Assembly (NCBI RefSeq): GCF_006345805.1 | Contig: NC_043011.1 | Location: 26,176,464 to 26,240,463, forward strand | Reading direction: 5' to 3' | Length of the DNA stretch: 64,000 nucleotides | Source: Octopus sinensis | Lineage: Eukaryota | Shown: positions 23,886-35,170 of the stretch, one piece after another | Layout of the letters: every line of letters begins with the position of its first letter | Position numbering within the stretch: position 1 is the stretch's first letter | The notes under the pieces: model-generated | Seen by the model: the letters and a program-made list of their open reading frames with translations, nothing else | What the model was told of the DNA's origin: nothing | The model's database searches: none | Translations under genes and position numbers: made by a program

Positions 23886-24085
23886 GATTTCAAATTTTGG
23901 CATGAGGCCAGGGGATAAGTCAATTACATCAATCCCAGTGTTCAGCTGCTACTTATTTTATAGACTCCATAAGGGTGAAAGGTCAAGTCGGCCCAGTGGA
24001 ATTTGAATTCAAAACGTAAAGGCAGATGAAATGCCACTAAGCATTTTGCCCAGCGCGCTAACGAGTCTGCCAGTTCACCACCTTA
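23886..24085 (-). mobile_element. SINE family A copy
   Basis: Similarity to family A; ATCAAAATATT direct repeat on both flanks. Confidence 0.8.
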
Positions 24086-24229
24086 CCTCCATCAAAATAT
24101 TCTCATATGCTCCCAAGAGATTTATGAGCCTGTGGATCTCTTGAGCTCTGGTACTGTAATTGCACCACTTTCAGATGGTACTGCATTCTCTACATTTGTT
24201 ACCAGTGGTGGGGTGTATGTGCATGCATG

Positions 24230-24560
24230 CACGGCTTTGTGGTTAAGAAGTTTGCTTTCCAACCACATGGTTTCAGGTTTAGTCCTGCTACATAGCACCA
24301 TCGGTGTCTTTCATTGTAACCCCAGGCTGATCAATGTCTTGTGGATCGATTTGGTAGATGGGAAATGAAAGAAGCCCATCGTGTGTACTACTGCCTCTTT
24401 GCTTTGGCATTTTGTGATAGTTATAAATGAGTATCACTGACATACTACTGGTGTCCTTAATGTTTCCAATCTTCCATGAACATGTCCAGTCACAGAAATA
24501 TTATCCTACTTGGAAACAAGTGAGGATTGGTGGCAGGAAGGGCATTCAGCCATAGAAACT
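24230..24560 (+). mobile_element. tRNA-derived SINE (family C)
   Basis: GGCTTTGTGGTTAAGAAGTTTGCTTTCCAACCACATGGTTTCAGG head; copies near 28427, 32280(-), 40120(-), 40945, 47392, 50870(-) and 58727. Confidence 0.7.
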
Positions 24561-24809
24561 CTTTCTATTCTTTCTCTCTGTAACTATGTACCCCCTCTGT
24601 AGCAAGACATCTGTTTCTGCCTCTCTATTTCTGTGTCACACTTTAACCTTTTATCATTCGACACAGGATCACATCTTCCATTACCCCCTCCGTTATAACA
24701 AGACTCCCATTTCTACCTCTCTGTCACACTCTAACCTTTCCTCTGACACAAGTTTCCCTCCTCAAATGCCCCTACCCCTCTCAAAATTCCTTATCTTGTG
24801 AGTTATTTG

Positions 24810-25105
24810 GTGACCCTGCCGGTGCTGGTTCCATGTAAAAAGCATCCAGTCCATGCTGTAAAGTGGTTGGCATTTGGAAGGACATCCAGCTGTAAAAGTT
24901 ATGCCAAAACTAACCTCACCTGTGCTAGTTAGTGCCACATAAAAACACTGAGTTCACTCTGCAGAGTGGTTGGTTTTAGGAAGGGCATCCAGCCATAAAA
25001 ACTCTGTTAAAATAGACACAGTAGCCTGGGGTAGCCTTCTACTTGGCTGGCTCCTGTCAGCCATCCTATTCATGCATGCATAGAAGATGGACATTAAATG
25101 ATGAT
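24810..25105 (+). mobile_element. Retroposon 3' tail with tandem GTGCTGGTGCCA...GGAAGGGCATCCAGC units ending in (GAT)n
   Basis: Two internal units; the same units occur three times at ~56995-57250; the (GAT)n tail suggests an RTE-type LINE/SINE end (inference). Confidence 0.6.
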
Positions 25106-26089
25106 GATGATGATATATCATCATCATCGTTTAACATCCACTTTTCAAGCTGGCATGGGTTGGACATTTTGAGGACTGGCAAGCCAGGAGGTTGCATCAG
25201 GCTCCAATCTGATCTGGCAATATATATATTTGAAAGTTTTTGCAGCTGAAATAGTGCAAGTTTTCTATCAAATGTTGGTCATTTCTAGACCTGTTTGTAT
25301 TCATTTGGATAATTTCTGTCTCCATTGTCTAAGGAGTTTTCCTTAATAGGATTGTATGCATACTGTGTGGATGAGTTTTACTTCCTCACATCTTTGCAGA
25401 CAGACTTTGCTAACACTCATATCTTGCCTTTCCTTTATTAATGAAGTTATAATGTATATGAATCCTCCTCTATCCATTTATTTTGGGCTGTATTTATAAA
25501 AAACAAAGCTTTTTAGGAATAGTTATCCCTATCTAGACACAAGACCTCACCTTATGCTTCAATCCAGCCCAGAAAGGCAAACAAGCTCGATGCTTCTGAT
25601 TAACCTCAGGTCAGGTCCAGCTGAGTAGACCAATGATCAAAGATCTTACTGCAGAGACCATTCCATCATTTTGTATATGGAATGTATCATTTGTTTTTTT
25701 AAGCTTGCTGTAATTTGAAGAAATGTGGCTGCTGTTTTTAGCAAGTTGAGTAACCACATGAACACACTCTTGTTGGCTTCTGATTCAGTGAGTAGAATAC
25801 CATGGTCCCAAAATATAGACTACTCTGTAACAAGTGATTTGAATATTTCAGATTTCAAAAAGAAGTTAAATTTTTGTTACAAATTCTGAATAGTATTTTC
25901 TAAATCTAATATATACTTAATATTGGAGAGTAGTATCTGTGCAGTTTGAAAGGTTTATTGTTACTGTCATCACCATCATCAGACCAAACACCTTCCTATC
26001 AGTTTCTAACAAGATTACAAATATGTTCACCAGTTCCTATCAACAATGATGAAATTGTTTCAGAGGGAATTTAGACAAATTGGTAACTT

Positions 26090-28370
26090 AATCTGGCTAG
26101 AGGTGAAGGGAAAACTCAATTACATCAACTCCAGTACTTATCTAGTACTTTATTTACCCCCAAGAAAGATGAAAAGCAAAATTAACCTCAGAGGGATTTG
26201 AACCTAGAATGTATAAAGAGTTGAAAGAAAAACCTTATGGCATTTTGTCTGATGCTCTTAAAATAACAATAATTGTTTCTAATAATATAAGCAAAGGGTT
26301 TGAAATAAGAGATAAGGGTTAGTTGATTAAAGTGACTCCAGTGCTTGTGTTTTATTTTATCACCCCCACAGGGATGAAAAGTAAAGTTGACTTTGTCAGG
26401 ATTTAAACTCAAAGCATTAACAAGTATTGATGTCCTAATGAATTTGTCAGTCCACTATGTTTTTATTATTATTATTATGCCTTCAGAACATTTTTCATAC
26501 ACTTATGTGACTTTTTCATAGTATGTAACTGGTACTTTTTGGGCCACCTGTTACAGAAGAATGAAACATAAGATCTGTGCTGTAGAAAACTATATGCTAG
26601 AAGGTAGTTGGTGATATTTTATTTAGACTGTCTGTGGCTTTGTTGATAATAATAATAATAGTTCTTTCTGATTTGGCACAAGCAATTTTGAGTGGGAGAG
26701 GGATAGTTGATTACATCATTTGAGTACTTTGCTGATACTTTATATTATTGACCCTGAAAGGATGAAAGATTAAGTTGATTTCAGTGGTATTTGAACTCAA
26801 AATGTCAAGAGTAAGAAGAAATGCTTTGCAGCATTTTGTTCAGTATGGTAAAAAATTTTGCCATCTCACCATCATAATGATAGAAATGGTTTCAAGTTTT
26901 GGCACAAGGCCAGCAAGTTTTGAGGGGAATAGGGTAAGTCTATAACATTGACTTCAGTTCTCAATTGGTACTTATTTCAACCCCGTAAAATTGTAAGGCA
27001 AAGTCAACCTCAATGGAGTTTGAACTCCAAATGTAAAGAACCAGAAGAAAGGCTAAGCCTTTTGTCTGACACAATAACAATTCAGCCAATTTACCACTTT
27101 ATAATAATAATAATATTAATAATAGTCTAAGCACAAAGCCTGAAATTTTGGGAGAGGAGGAAAGTCGATCACATTGACCCCAGTACTTGACTGGTACTTA
27201 ATTTATCGACCCTGAAAGGATAAGTCAACCTCAGCAGAATTTGAACTCTGAAGGTAAAGATAGGTGAAATACCACCAAGCATTTTGCCCGGTGTGCTAAC
27301 AATTCTGCCAGCTCATCACCTTAATAATAATAATATCTTTCTAATTTGGGGAGGAAGATTATTTTTCTTTCTTTACTACCCACAAGGGGCTAAACACAGA
27401 GGGGACAGACAAACGGATTAAGTCGATTACATTGACCCCAGTGCGTAACTGGTACTTAATTTATCGACCCCGAAAGGATGAAAGGCAAAGTCGACCTCGG
27501 CGGAAATTGAACTCAGAACGTAACGGCAGACGAAATACGGCTACGCATTTCGCCCGGCGTGCTACCGTTTTTGCCAGCTCGGGAGGAAGATTATTGATTA
27601 CATCTATCCCAGTGTTTAACTGGTACTTACATCATTGGCCCTGAAAGGATGAAAGACAAATCCGACCTGAGCAGACTTTGAACTCGGATTGTAAAGACAG
27701 ATAAAATGCCACTAAACATTTTGTTTGGCATGCTAATGATTCTGCCAGCTCACTGCCTTGATGATAACAGTGGTAGAAATTATGCTGCAACTGTTATGTT
27801 TAGCACTCCACATAGATTTTCATAATCCATTCTGTTTTCTCTATTCTTATTCATTAACTACTATACTGAGCAGTATTACCACATATGACTACAGAGCAAA
27901 TGTAAGGAAAATAAGGATAGACACAAGTTTATATTAAAATTTCTACACACATTTCACCATTGTGGTTGTTTGGAGCCCTGCAACAGTTGTTCCAAATGCA
28001 TAGAGATGCACAACAAATCCTCAGGGAACACTTTATTGTATCAAGGATGATGATGATAATGATTTCAAATTTTGGTGCAAAGCCAGCAATTCCAGGAGAG
28101 TGGGTAAGTTGATTACATCGACTCCAGTACTCAACTGGTACTTATTTTATTGACCCTGAGAGGATAAAGGGTAAAGTCAATCTCAGCAGCATTTGAACTC
28201 AGAGTGTAAAGACAGATGAAATGCTGCTAAGCATTTTGCCTGGTATGCTAATGATTCTGCCAGCTCACTGCTTCCTTAGTAATGATAATAATAATAATCC
28301 TTTCTACTATACGCACAAGGCCTGAAAATTATGGGGAGATTGACCCCAGTGCTTAACTGGTACTTATTTC
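26090..28370 (-). mobile_element. Cluster of about nine SINE family A copies or fragments, all antisense, many separated by (AAT)n
   Basis: Repeated CTGGTACTTATTTTATYGACCCYGAAAGGATGAAAGGYAAAGTYGAC units; youngest copy at ~27365-27580. Confidence 0.88.
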
Positions 28371-28634
28371 AGTTTATGTAGTATGAGGAGGAGGACAGAG
28401 TTCTTGCATTTAATATCTTTTGATAGGCACAGATGTTGCTGTATGGTTAAGAAGTTTACTTCCTGACCATATGGTTTCAGATTCAGTGCCACAGCATGGG
28501 ACCATTTGCAAGTATATTCTTCAGGAGCCTCAGGTTGACCAAAATCATATGAGTGGATTTGATAGATGTAAACTGAAAGTAACTTGTGTGAGTATGTGAG
28601 TAAATATACATGTGTGTATGTATGTCTTTTTAAC

Positions 28635-29665
28635 CCGCATCGATTTGCTGCCAATTCAAAAGTTTTCCAAACTCTTATTTATGATCTCCTTTATGCAGAT
28701 GACTGTGACTTAGTCACTAATACAGTGGATGATATGCAAATACTTGTGAATTATATTTCTGCTTCTTGCCAGGCATTTGGCCTTGGCATTAACCTAGACA
28801 AGATTGCTGTAATGTTCCAGCTTGCACCAGGAAACCGCAATGTGGATGGAACCAGCTATCTTAGTTAAAGGAACAATACTGAAAATAGTCGACAAGTTTG
28901 TCTACCTGGGCAGCACACTCAGCTGTTCTTGCTCCCTGGATGATGAAATATCTTTTAGGCTGCAGAGAGCAACTGATTCCTTCCAGTCTCTTCAGTCTCA
29001 TGTCTAGTCCTTGTATGGCATCACAAGGCGAACAAAAATTGCTGTGTACCGTGCATGTGTACTAACATTGCTCCTTTACTCATGTGAGACATGGACTCTT
29101 TACAAATGTCCTTGAATGCTTCCATCAGAGATGACTGAGACACATTCAGAATGTTGGCTGGACTTTAAAAAACTCTAGATACACAGGTCCTGAGGAAAGC
29201 TGATATTCTGAGTATTGAGGTGATGGTGCACAAACACCGGTTACATTGGACTGGACACCTTGTTAGAATGAATGATTGCAGGATCCCTAAACAGATGCTA
29301 TATAGGGAACTATAGTGGAAGGTGACCCTGGCAGAAGCCAAGTTTGCGATTTAAGGACTGTGTAAAGTCCTCATTAAAGGTCTGTGAAATACAGGAGGCT
29401 AACTGGGAGAGCAATGCTTGTCCTCACCACAGATACAGGAAACAAGTAAAGGAGGGAGTTGATACCTTTGAAGGAGCACGTATTCAAGAAGAATTTAAGC
29501 GTGGAAAAAGCTTGGTCTGTAATGTTTGCAGTCGTATATGTTTGTCAAGAGCAGGGCTTGGTGGTCACTGACAGAGCCGCAAGTATAAAGTATAAGGTAA
29601 TCTTGAGTGCACAATATTCCTAAAGGTCAGCAGTGGTTTTCCTTGGTCACAAGTGGACAACCATC
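28635..29665 (+). mobile_element. 5'-truncated RTE (BovB-like) LINE nested in a family C SINE
   Basis: DLLYADDCDLV, FGLGINLDK, VDKFVYLGSTLS, RFKDCVKSSLK, terminal CNVCSRICLSRAGLGGH; SINE head at ~28427-28620 and SINE tail at ~29670-29900. Confidence 0.88.
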
Positions 29666-30314
29666 CTGTATGTATATGTGCGTATTGTCATTGCATATTG
29701 TGTGTATATGTGTGTGTATACTTGTGTTTCCCTGTCTTGGCATCATGTGATAGTTGTAAATGAGTATCACTGTCATAATAGCAGCGTCATTCATTTTCAG
29801 TATCCTGTGAAAACATGTCTGGGCATGGGATAATATTACCATGCTTGGAAACTGGTGAGGTTTGATGACAGGAAGGACATCTGGCCATAGAATATTTGCC
29901 TCGGTGAACTCTGCAATAACCCTAGGCCAACTAAAACCTTTTAAATGGATTTAGTAGATGGAAACTGATTCAGTAGGAGGAAAGTGGAAGCATCCTGTTG
30001 TGTATTTCTAAGTTTGTATTTCTGTTGACCTTCATGTGTTCAGTGGTTGTAAACAATGACCCTTGCATTCACACTAACAATGCAGGCTGCATCGAAAGCA
30101 CATCTGGTTTCCTTGAGATGTTATGTGATCTTTGTAAACAAGTCTCATTCAAACAATGTTATTTGTTTCCAGTTCTCCTTGAAACCATGTCTGGGCTATT
30201 TGTTATTCAGTAGATTGGGAGATTCTTACCTTACAAGGAAGCAGAAAATGTACTTTTATCTGATCCATGCCAGCAAGGAAAAGTAAATGTTAAATCAATG
30301 ATGATGATACATTA

Positions 30315-30316
30315 TA

Positions 30317-30360
<44 letters not shown>

Positions 30361-30384
30361 TAGATAGATAGATAGATAGATATA

Positions 30385-30416
<32 letters not shown>

Positions 30417-30437
30417 ATAGATAGATAGATAGATATA

Positions 30438-30479
<42 letters not shown>

Positions 30480-30490
30480 GATAGATATAT
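30315..30490. repeat. Compound (TA)/(GATA)/(TG) microsatellite
   Basis: Direct inspection. Confidence 0.9.
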
Positions 30491-30544
30491 GTGCAATCTT
30501 TTAGTTTAAAATGTGTCCTTCAACTTTCTTACATAGAGTATAAC

Positions 30545-30995
30545 CAGTAGCATAGCTAGGGTAAACTGCATCCAGGGCAAGCTGCAAAAATGCGGCCCCC
30601 CCTTCCCCACCAATTACAAAATCCATGATATTATATAGTACTTATTTGTTACAAGTAATTAATGTTTTAAAGCAATATTTTAGGAATAAATACTTTACCA
30701 GGGGGTTCATTTACCTGCCGGTTCAGTACAGCCTGTAATTCAAAATATAAATTTTTTGAATGTTTACTTTTGCAAAGCCTTCTTTGACACCCTTTGTAAA
30801 AATGTCTAGACATGAATGTAGACAGCCATCATATTGAATTTTCCTTCAATAACAGCATAAAACGATATGCTGGAAATCCATACTTACAATTGCAATTTTA
30901 TAAATGGAGTTCAAGCTTATCATATCATGGGTCAATTCTGCGCCCCACTTCAATTGGTGCCCAGGGTATGTGCCCCCTCCCCAGTTACGCTACTG
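30545..30995. mobile_element. hAT-type MITE
   Basis: TIRs CAGTAGCATAGCT / AGTTACGCTACTG; perfect 8-bp TSD AGTATAAC at 30537-30544 and 30996-31003. Confidence 0.88.
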
Positions 30996-33087
30996 AGTAT
31001 AACATAAATCTTTAATAGTGTTCAATTTTTCCATAGTTACGTAAACAAACTGTAACAATAAAACTTTAGATACTTATTTTTAAATGTATACCTTTCTGAG
31101 GACAAGCATGTAGTGATTTAACCTAAATCTAATTTTTGACTGATAGGTCTTTTATTGGCCTTGAATGGATGAAAGCAGAGTTGAACTAGGTAGGATTTGA
31201 GCTCATGATGTAAAGTGACCATAACTAAATACTGTCTGTTATGATTTTAAAAAAAAAGAAGAAAAAATCCTTGTTTTAAATATTGAGATGTGAGATGATG
31301 CTACATAGAATGTTTCTTTGTATGTCTCCTTTAATTTTGGTTCTGACATCATCCTCTCTACCCCCAACTCCCTAATCTTTGGTACCACTGCTCAGTACCT
31401 TTCAGCATCAACATTTACTCACTCAAAATGTACCTTCTTTCATATTTACTTATATATGCCACAGCAGACATCTGAGTGCCTCCATAACTGCATTGTGCCC
31501 AACCTTTTGGAAAGGCATGAATACCTCAGCTACTTGTGTTCCTCATAAATTGGAACCTTCATTCAAGGTCTCACTTTTACTAATCATTGGCAAGTAAACT
31601 ATTTCACTGAACTCGGGTTTCTCATACTTCTCAAGAAAAGCATATCTTCCTATCACTCTATTTTTAGGTTATATAAAGAACGTCTTATTTCAAGTGAAAT
31701 CCAATTTAATCCTTTAAATTGTAGGTCTCAAAAGTCAGTTCTGTATTTAGGGAATATCAAATTTCTGTATTTGTGTAATATGTATTAAAGTAGGGCTTAG
31801 CCTTAGAGACACCATGACTGCCTTCTTATTATACTCATCATGGTTTCCTTCTTGTGGGTATGCTTAGCAGTTGGATGCCTTTCCTGATGCCGGTCTTTGT
31901 AGTTGACTTTCTCAATATACAAGCATTACAGTATACCTAGTCTAAAACCAGGATAATATGTATCAACAGCATCATTTAACATTCACTTTTCCATGCTTGC
32001 ATGGGTCAGACAGATTTTGTTGAGGTAGATTTTCTACAGCAATGTGTGTATCATTTGACTTTTACTTGTTTCAGTCATTAGACAGCAGCCATGCTGGGGA
32101 ATCACCTTGAAGAATTTTTAGTCAAATCAATCAACCCCAGTACTTATTTCTTTTTTAAGCAAAGTACTTATTCTATTGGTCTCTTAAGCTGAATTGCTAA
32201 ATTACGAGAATGCAAACACACCAACACTGGTTGTCAAGCAGTGGTGGAGGACAAACATACACACTCATATGACAGGCTTTTTTCAGTTTCCATCTACCAA
32301 ATCCACTCAAAAGGCTATAGTAGAAGACACTTGCCCAAGGTGCCATACAGTGGGACTGAACCCAGAACCATGTGGTTGGGAAGTAAGCTTCTTACCACAC
32401 AGATACACCTGAACCTTGTATGTGTGAAATACTCATTTGCAAACACAGGTTTCAATTTTAAGTTCTTTTATTTTTTTTTAACAGTTCATCTCATTTCATA
32501 TATTTTTTTGGTTTTGCTGTATGTACTATATTTTTTGGTTCTAGCTTATATGATTTTATTACCTTATTAAAAAAAAAAAAAAAAAAACGTAATTCTGATA
32601 TTAATGCTTGTATTGTTAAAATATTTTATGGGGCATTATCAAATGTTCTGACAGCTGATTCTTTATTTGCAGTTTGTTTCAGATGGATGTGATATTTTAT
32701 TGTGTTTATTCACATACAAGCTCTAGTTACAGTGGCTGCATCAAATGTTTCTATTGTATTCCTCTATTGTGTAATCTAATTGAAATATAGTCTCTGTTTT
32801 GTTTCATGTTGTTCCTCAGTCTCAACCCAGTTGTCATTCCTTTATTTTTAAAGACAGTAGAGTGTGATTTGAAGAAATTAACTTATTTCTAGTAGGCCAA
32901 GTGGCCCCTATTGAAATCACCACCTACTTTTTGGGTCACTTCTATCTTGTCTTAATTTTATTCGATTCAACCTAGTTTTAACTATTTTCCATTTTTTTTT
33001 GCAAACAAATCATATCTGTTGCCTCTTTTCTAAGATCTGCTTCATTTTGTTGTGCTGATATTTGAACCATCTACTATGATGCATAAA

Positions 33088-33405
33088 GGTGCATGGCTTA
33101 GTGGTTAGGGTATTCAGCTCATGGTCATAAGGTCATGAGTTCAATTCCTGGCAACACATGTCCTTGAGCAAGACCCTTTATTTCATGTTGCTGTAGTTCA
33201 CTCAACTGGCTAAAATGAATAGTACCTGTATTACAAAGGGCCAGTTTTGTCACACTTTGTGTCATCCGAATCCTCCCAGAGAACTGCATTAAGGGTACAT
33301 GTGTCTGTGGAGTGCTCAGCCATTTGCACATTAATTTCACAATCAGGCTGTTCCATTGATTGGATCAACTGGTACCCTCATCTTCATAACTGACAAAGTG
33401 CCAGT
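33088..33405 (+). mobile_element. tRNA-derived SINE (family B)
   Basis: A-box TGGCTTAGTGG and B-box GAGTTCAATTCC, followed by a non-tRNA body. Confidence 0.75.
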
Positions 33406-34473
33406 GTATGGTGCACTGTGGCTAAAGTGCTGCTTCATGTATTCTACTTAGTTTCCTAGTTCAGCATGCTATACTGACCTCTCTCCATATAGTTTGTTTG
33501 GTAGTATGTTTCTGGGAATATGTTTGGATTAAAACAGTTTTAAAATCATTTTTCTCGATGAGTGAATGATGGAATCAGTAACACATGGAGCAAAATACTT
33601 TGTGGCATTTGGTTGCATTTTGAGTTCAACTCCTATCTAGGTCCACTTTGCCTTTCATCCTTGTGAGCATGATAAAATAAGTACTGGGTGAATGTAATCA
33701 GCTATAAGCATGTGTTGCCACATCATTGCCACACTCTAATGATTGAAACCACTAAAAGAACGTGAAGTAAATAATCTAGTTACGAGTGGTATCTGTTGAG
33801 AGACCAGTACTCTTCTCAAAGAGATGTTCTTTACTTTTATACTTCCACTATTTTACTTCCCACTGTGTAGTTATGTCATTAATCTCATCACTCATGATTA
33901 CTATTGCTTGAATGTAAATCTCTGAATGAGAGATAGGTTTGAAGTTCTTGGGTAACTGACAAATGTTAAATACCTGCATCTGCTCTTTTTGAAGATTAAT
34001 TAAAATAGTCTTGTTGTTGATTGCAGAGAGATAAAGCTGAAAGCAATGAGTGTCACAAAAGATTGTGGTTTTCTCAATATTCTGCTCAGCTATGTTCAAA
34101 CCGACTAATAGTGTTATTGTTTCTTCTATAGGTTCTTTTGGTATGTTGTGTTATTTGGAGAGATAGTGTTGTATTGTGATGAAGTGGAATTCAGCACATC
34201 AGAGATAGATTCTTGTGTTAGAGAGTTCAAAGAATTGCTTTAGAAATTTGATATGAAATCTAAAACTTGACAAAGGAAACGAGTCTCTTTCATACAATAA
34301 ATTCTTTCAATTTTGAAAATATTCATATTGCACACATTCTGTCATGGGTTCAGTTTCAAACTGATGTGATTATTGAAAGTAATCAATACTGAAAGTGTCA
34401 TTTCTATCATCAGTGTTTTGTTTATAAAGAGTGTTGAGTATCTTGTTCAAAATATGGTGACCAGGGCCATATT

Positions 34474-34624
34474 TGTTAAGTTCACCATCATCAATTCACC
34501 TTTTTTTTTTCTTTTTTCAATAAAATAGATTTTAACTATTAATGGTGAGATACTATGGATATATTTTCTTGGTAAACTTGTGGTGAGCATTTCCTGCAGT
34601 AGATTGATGGTGGTGAACTTACCT
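34474..34624. mobile_element. Short MITE with ~25-bp TIRs; second copy at ~58110-58250
   Basis: TAAGTTCACCATCATCAAT ... ATTGATGGTGGTGAACTTA; both copies share internal GAGATACTATGGATATATTTTCT. Confidence 0.65.
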
Positions 34625-34879
34625 GTAATCGTCTAGAGTATCCTTTCTTACTTTATAGCTGAAGTGAATGTTGGAGATGCTTTACCACACACAGAAAGTG
34701 TAGGAACTACTCAGAGGTATCAGAATTTCTTCTTAATTCATCGCTATATCAAAAACCCTTCTGTATCATCAGCAGGTATCTCTGGGTCACAAGGATTTTG
34801 CCTTTTAGTCTATACTTTGCCTGAACAGGCACCAAGGGCTACATTACTTTTTGCCTGCAGAAGGGTTTCACCTGTGTCA

Positions 34880-35170
34880 ACCGCAACCTTGAGCTCTCTT
34901 GCCAATCACAATCACCTTGAGCTGGTTTCAGCTGCCATGCCTTTTTTCTTGGTGCCTTTTTTTTTTTTTTTTAAGTCGTTTGGGTTCCAGACCAATCTAG
35001 CACGACATCGTTTGAGAAAAACCTCATTAACCAAGTCCTGATATTTGTTTTCTTTAGTTGGTGAGAAATGTCAACTCTGTCCTCCCAGGGTACTGTAAGC
35101 TCAACCACAATTGTTGTTTGTCCACTTCCAGAGAGTAGGAAGGTGTGTGGTTGGAGTAATGTTACCACTA
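34880..35170 (-). mobile_element. Fragment of an RLE-type (R2/NeSL/Hero-like) non-LTR retrotransposon
   Basis: TTIVVELTVPWEDRVDISHQLKK..YQDL, a restriction-like endonuclease signature. Confidence 0.7.

Noticed and set aside
26090-28370. Regularly recurring units resembling a CRISPR-like array
   Set aside because: Units are 100-230-bp diverged SINE copies in eukaryotic DNA, with no constant repeat-spacer period and no cas genes
33088-33160. tRNA-like sequences with A and B boxes (also at 1405, 3735 and 24230)
   Set aside because: SINE heads attached to repeat bodies; no convincing cloverleaf
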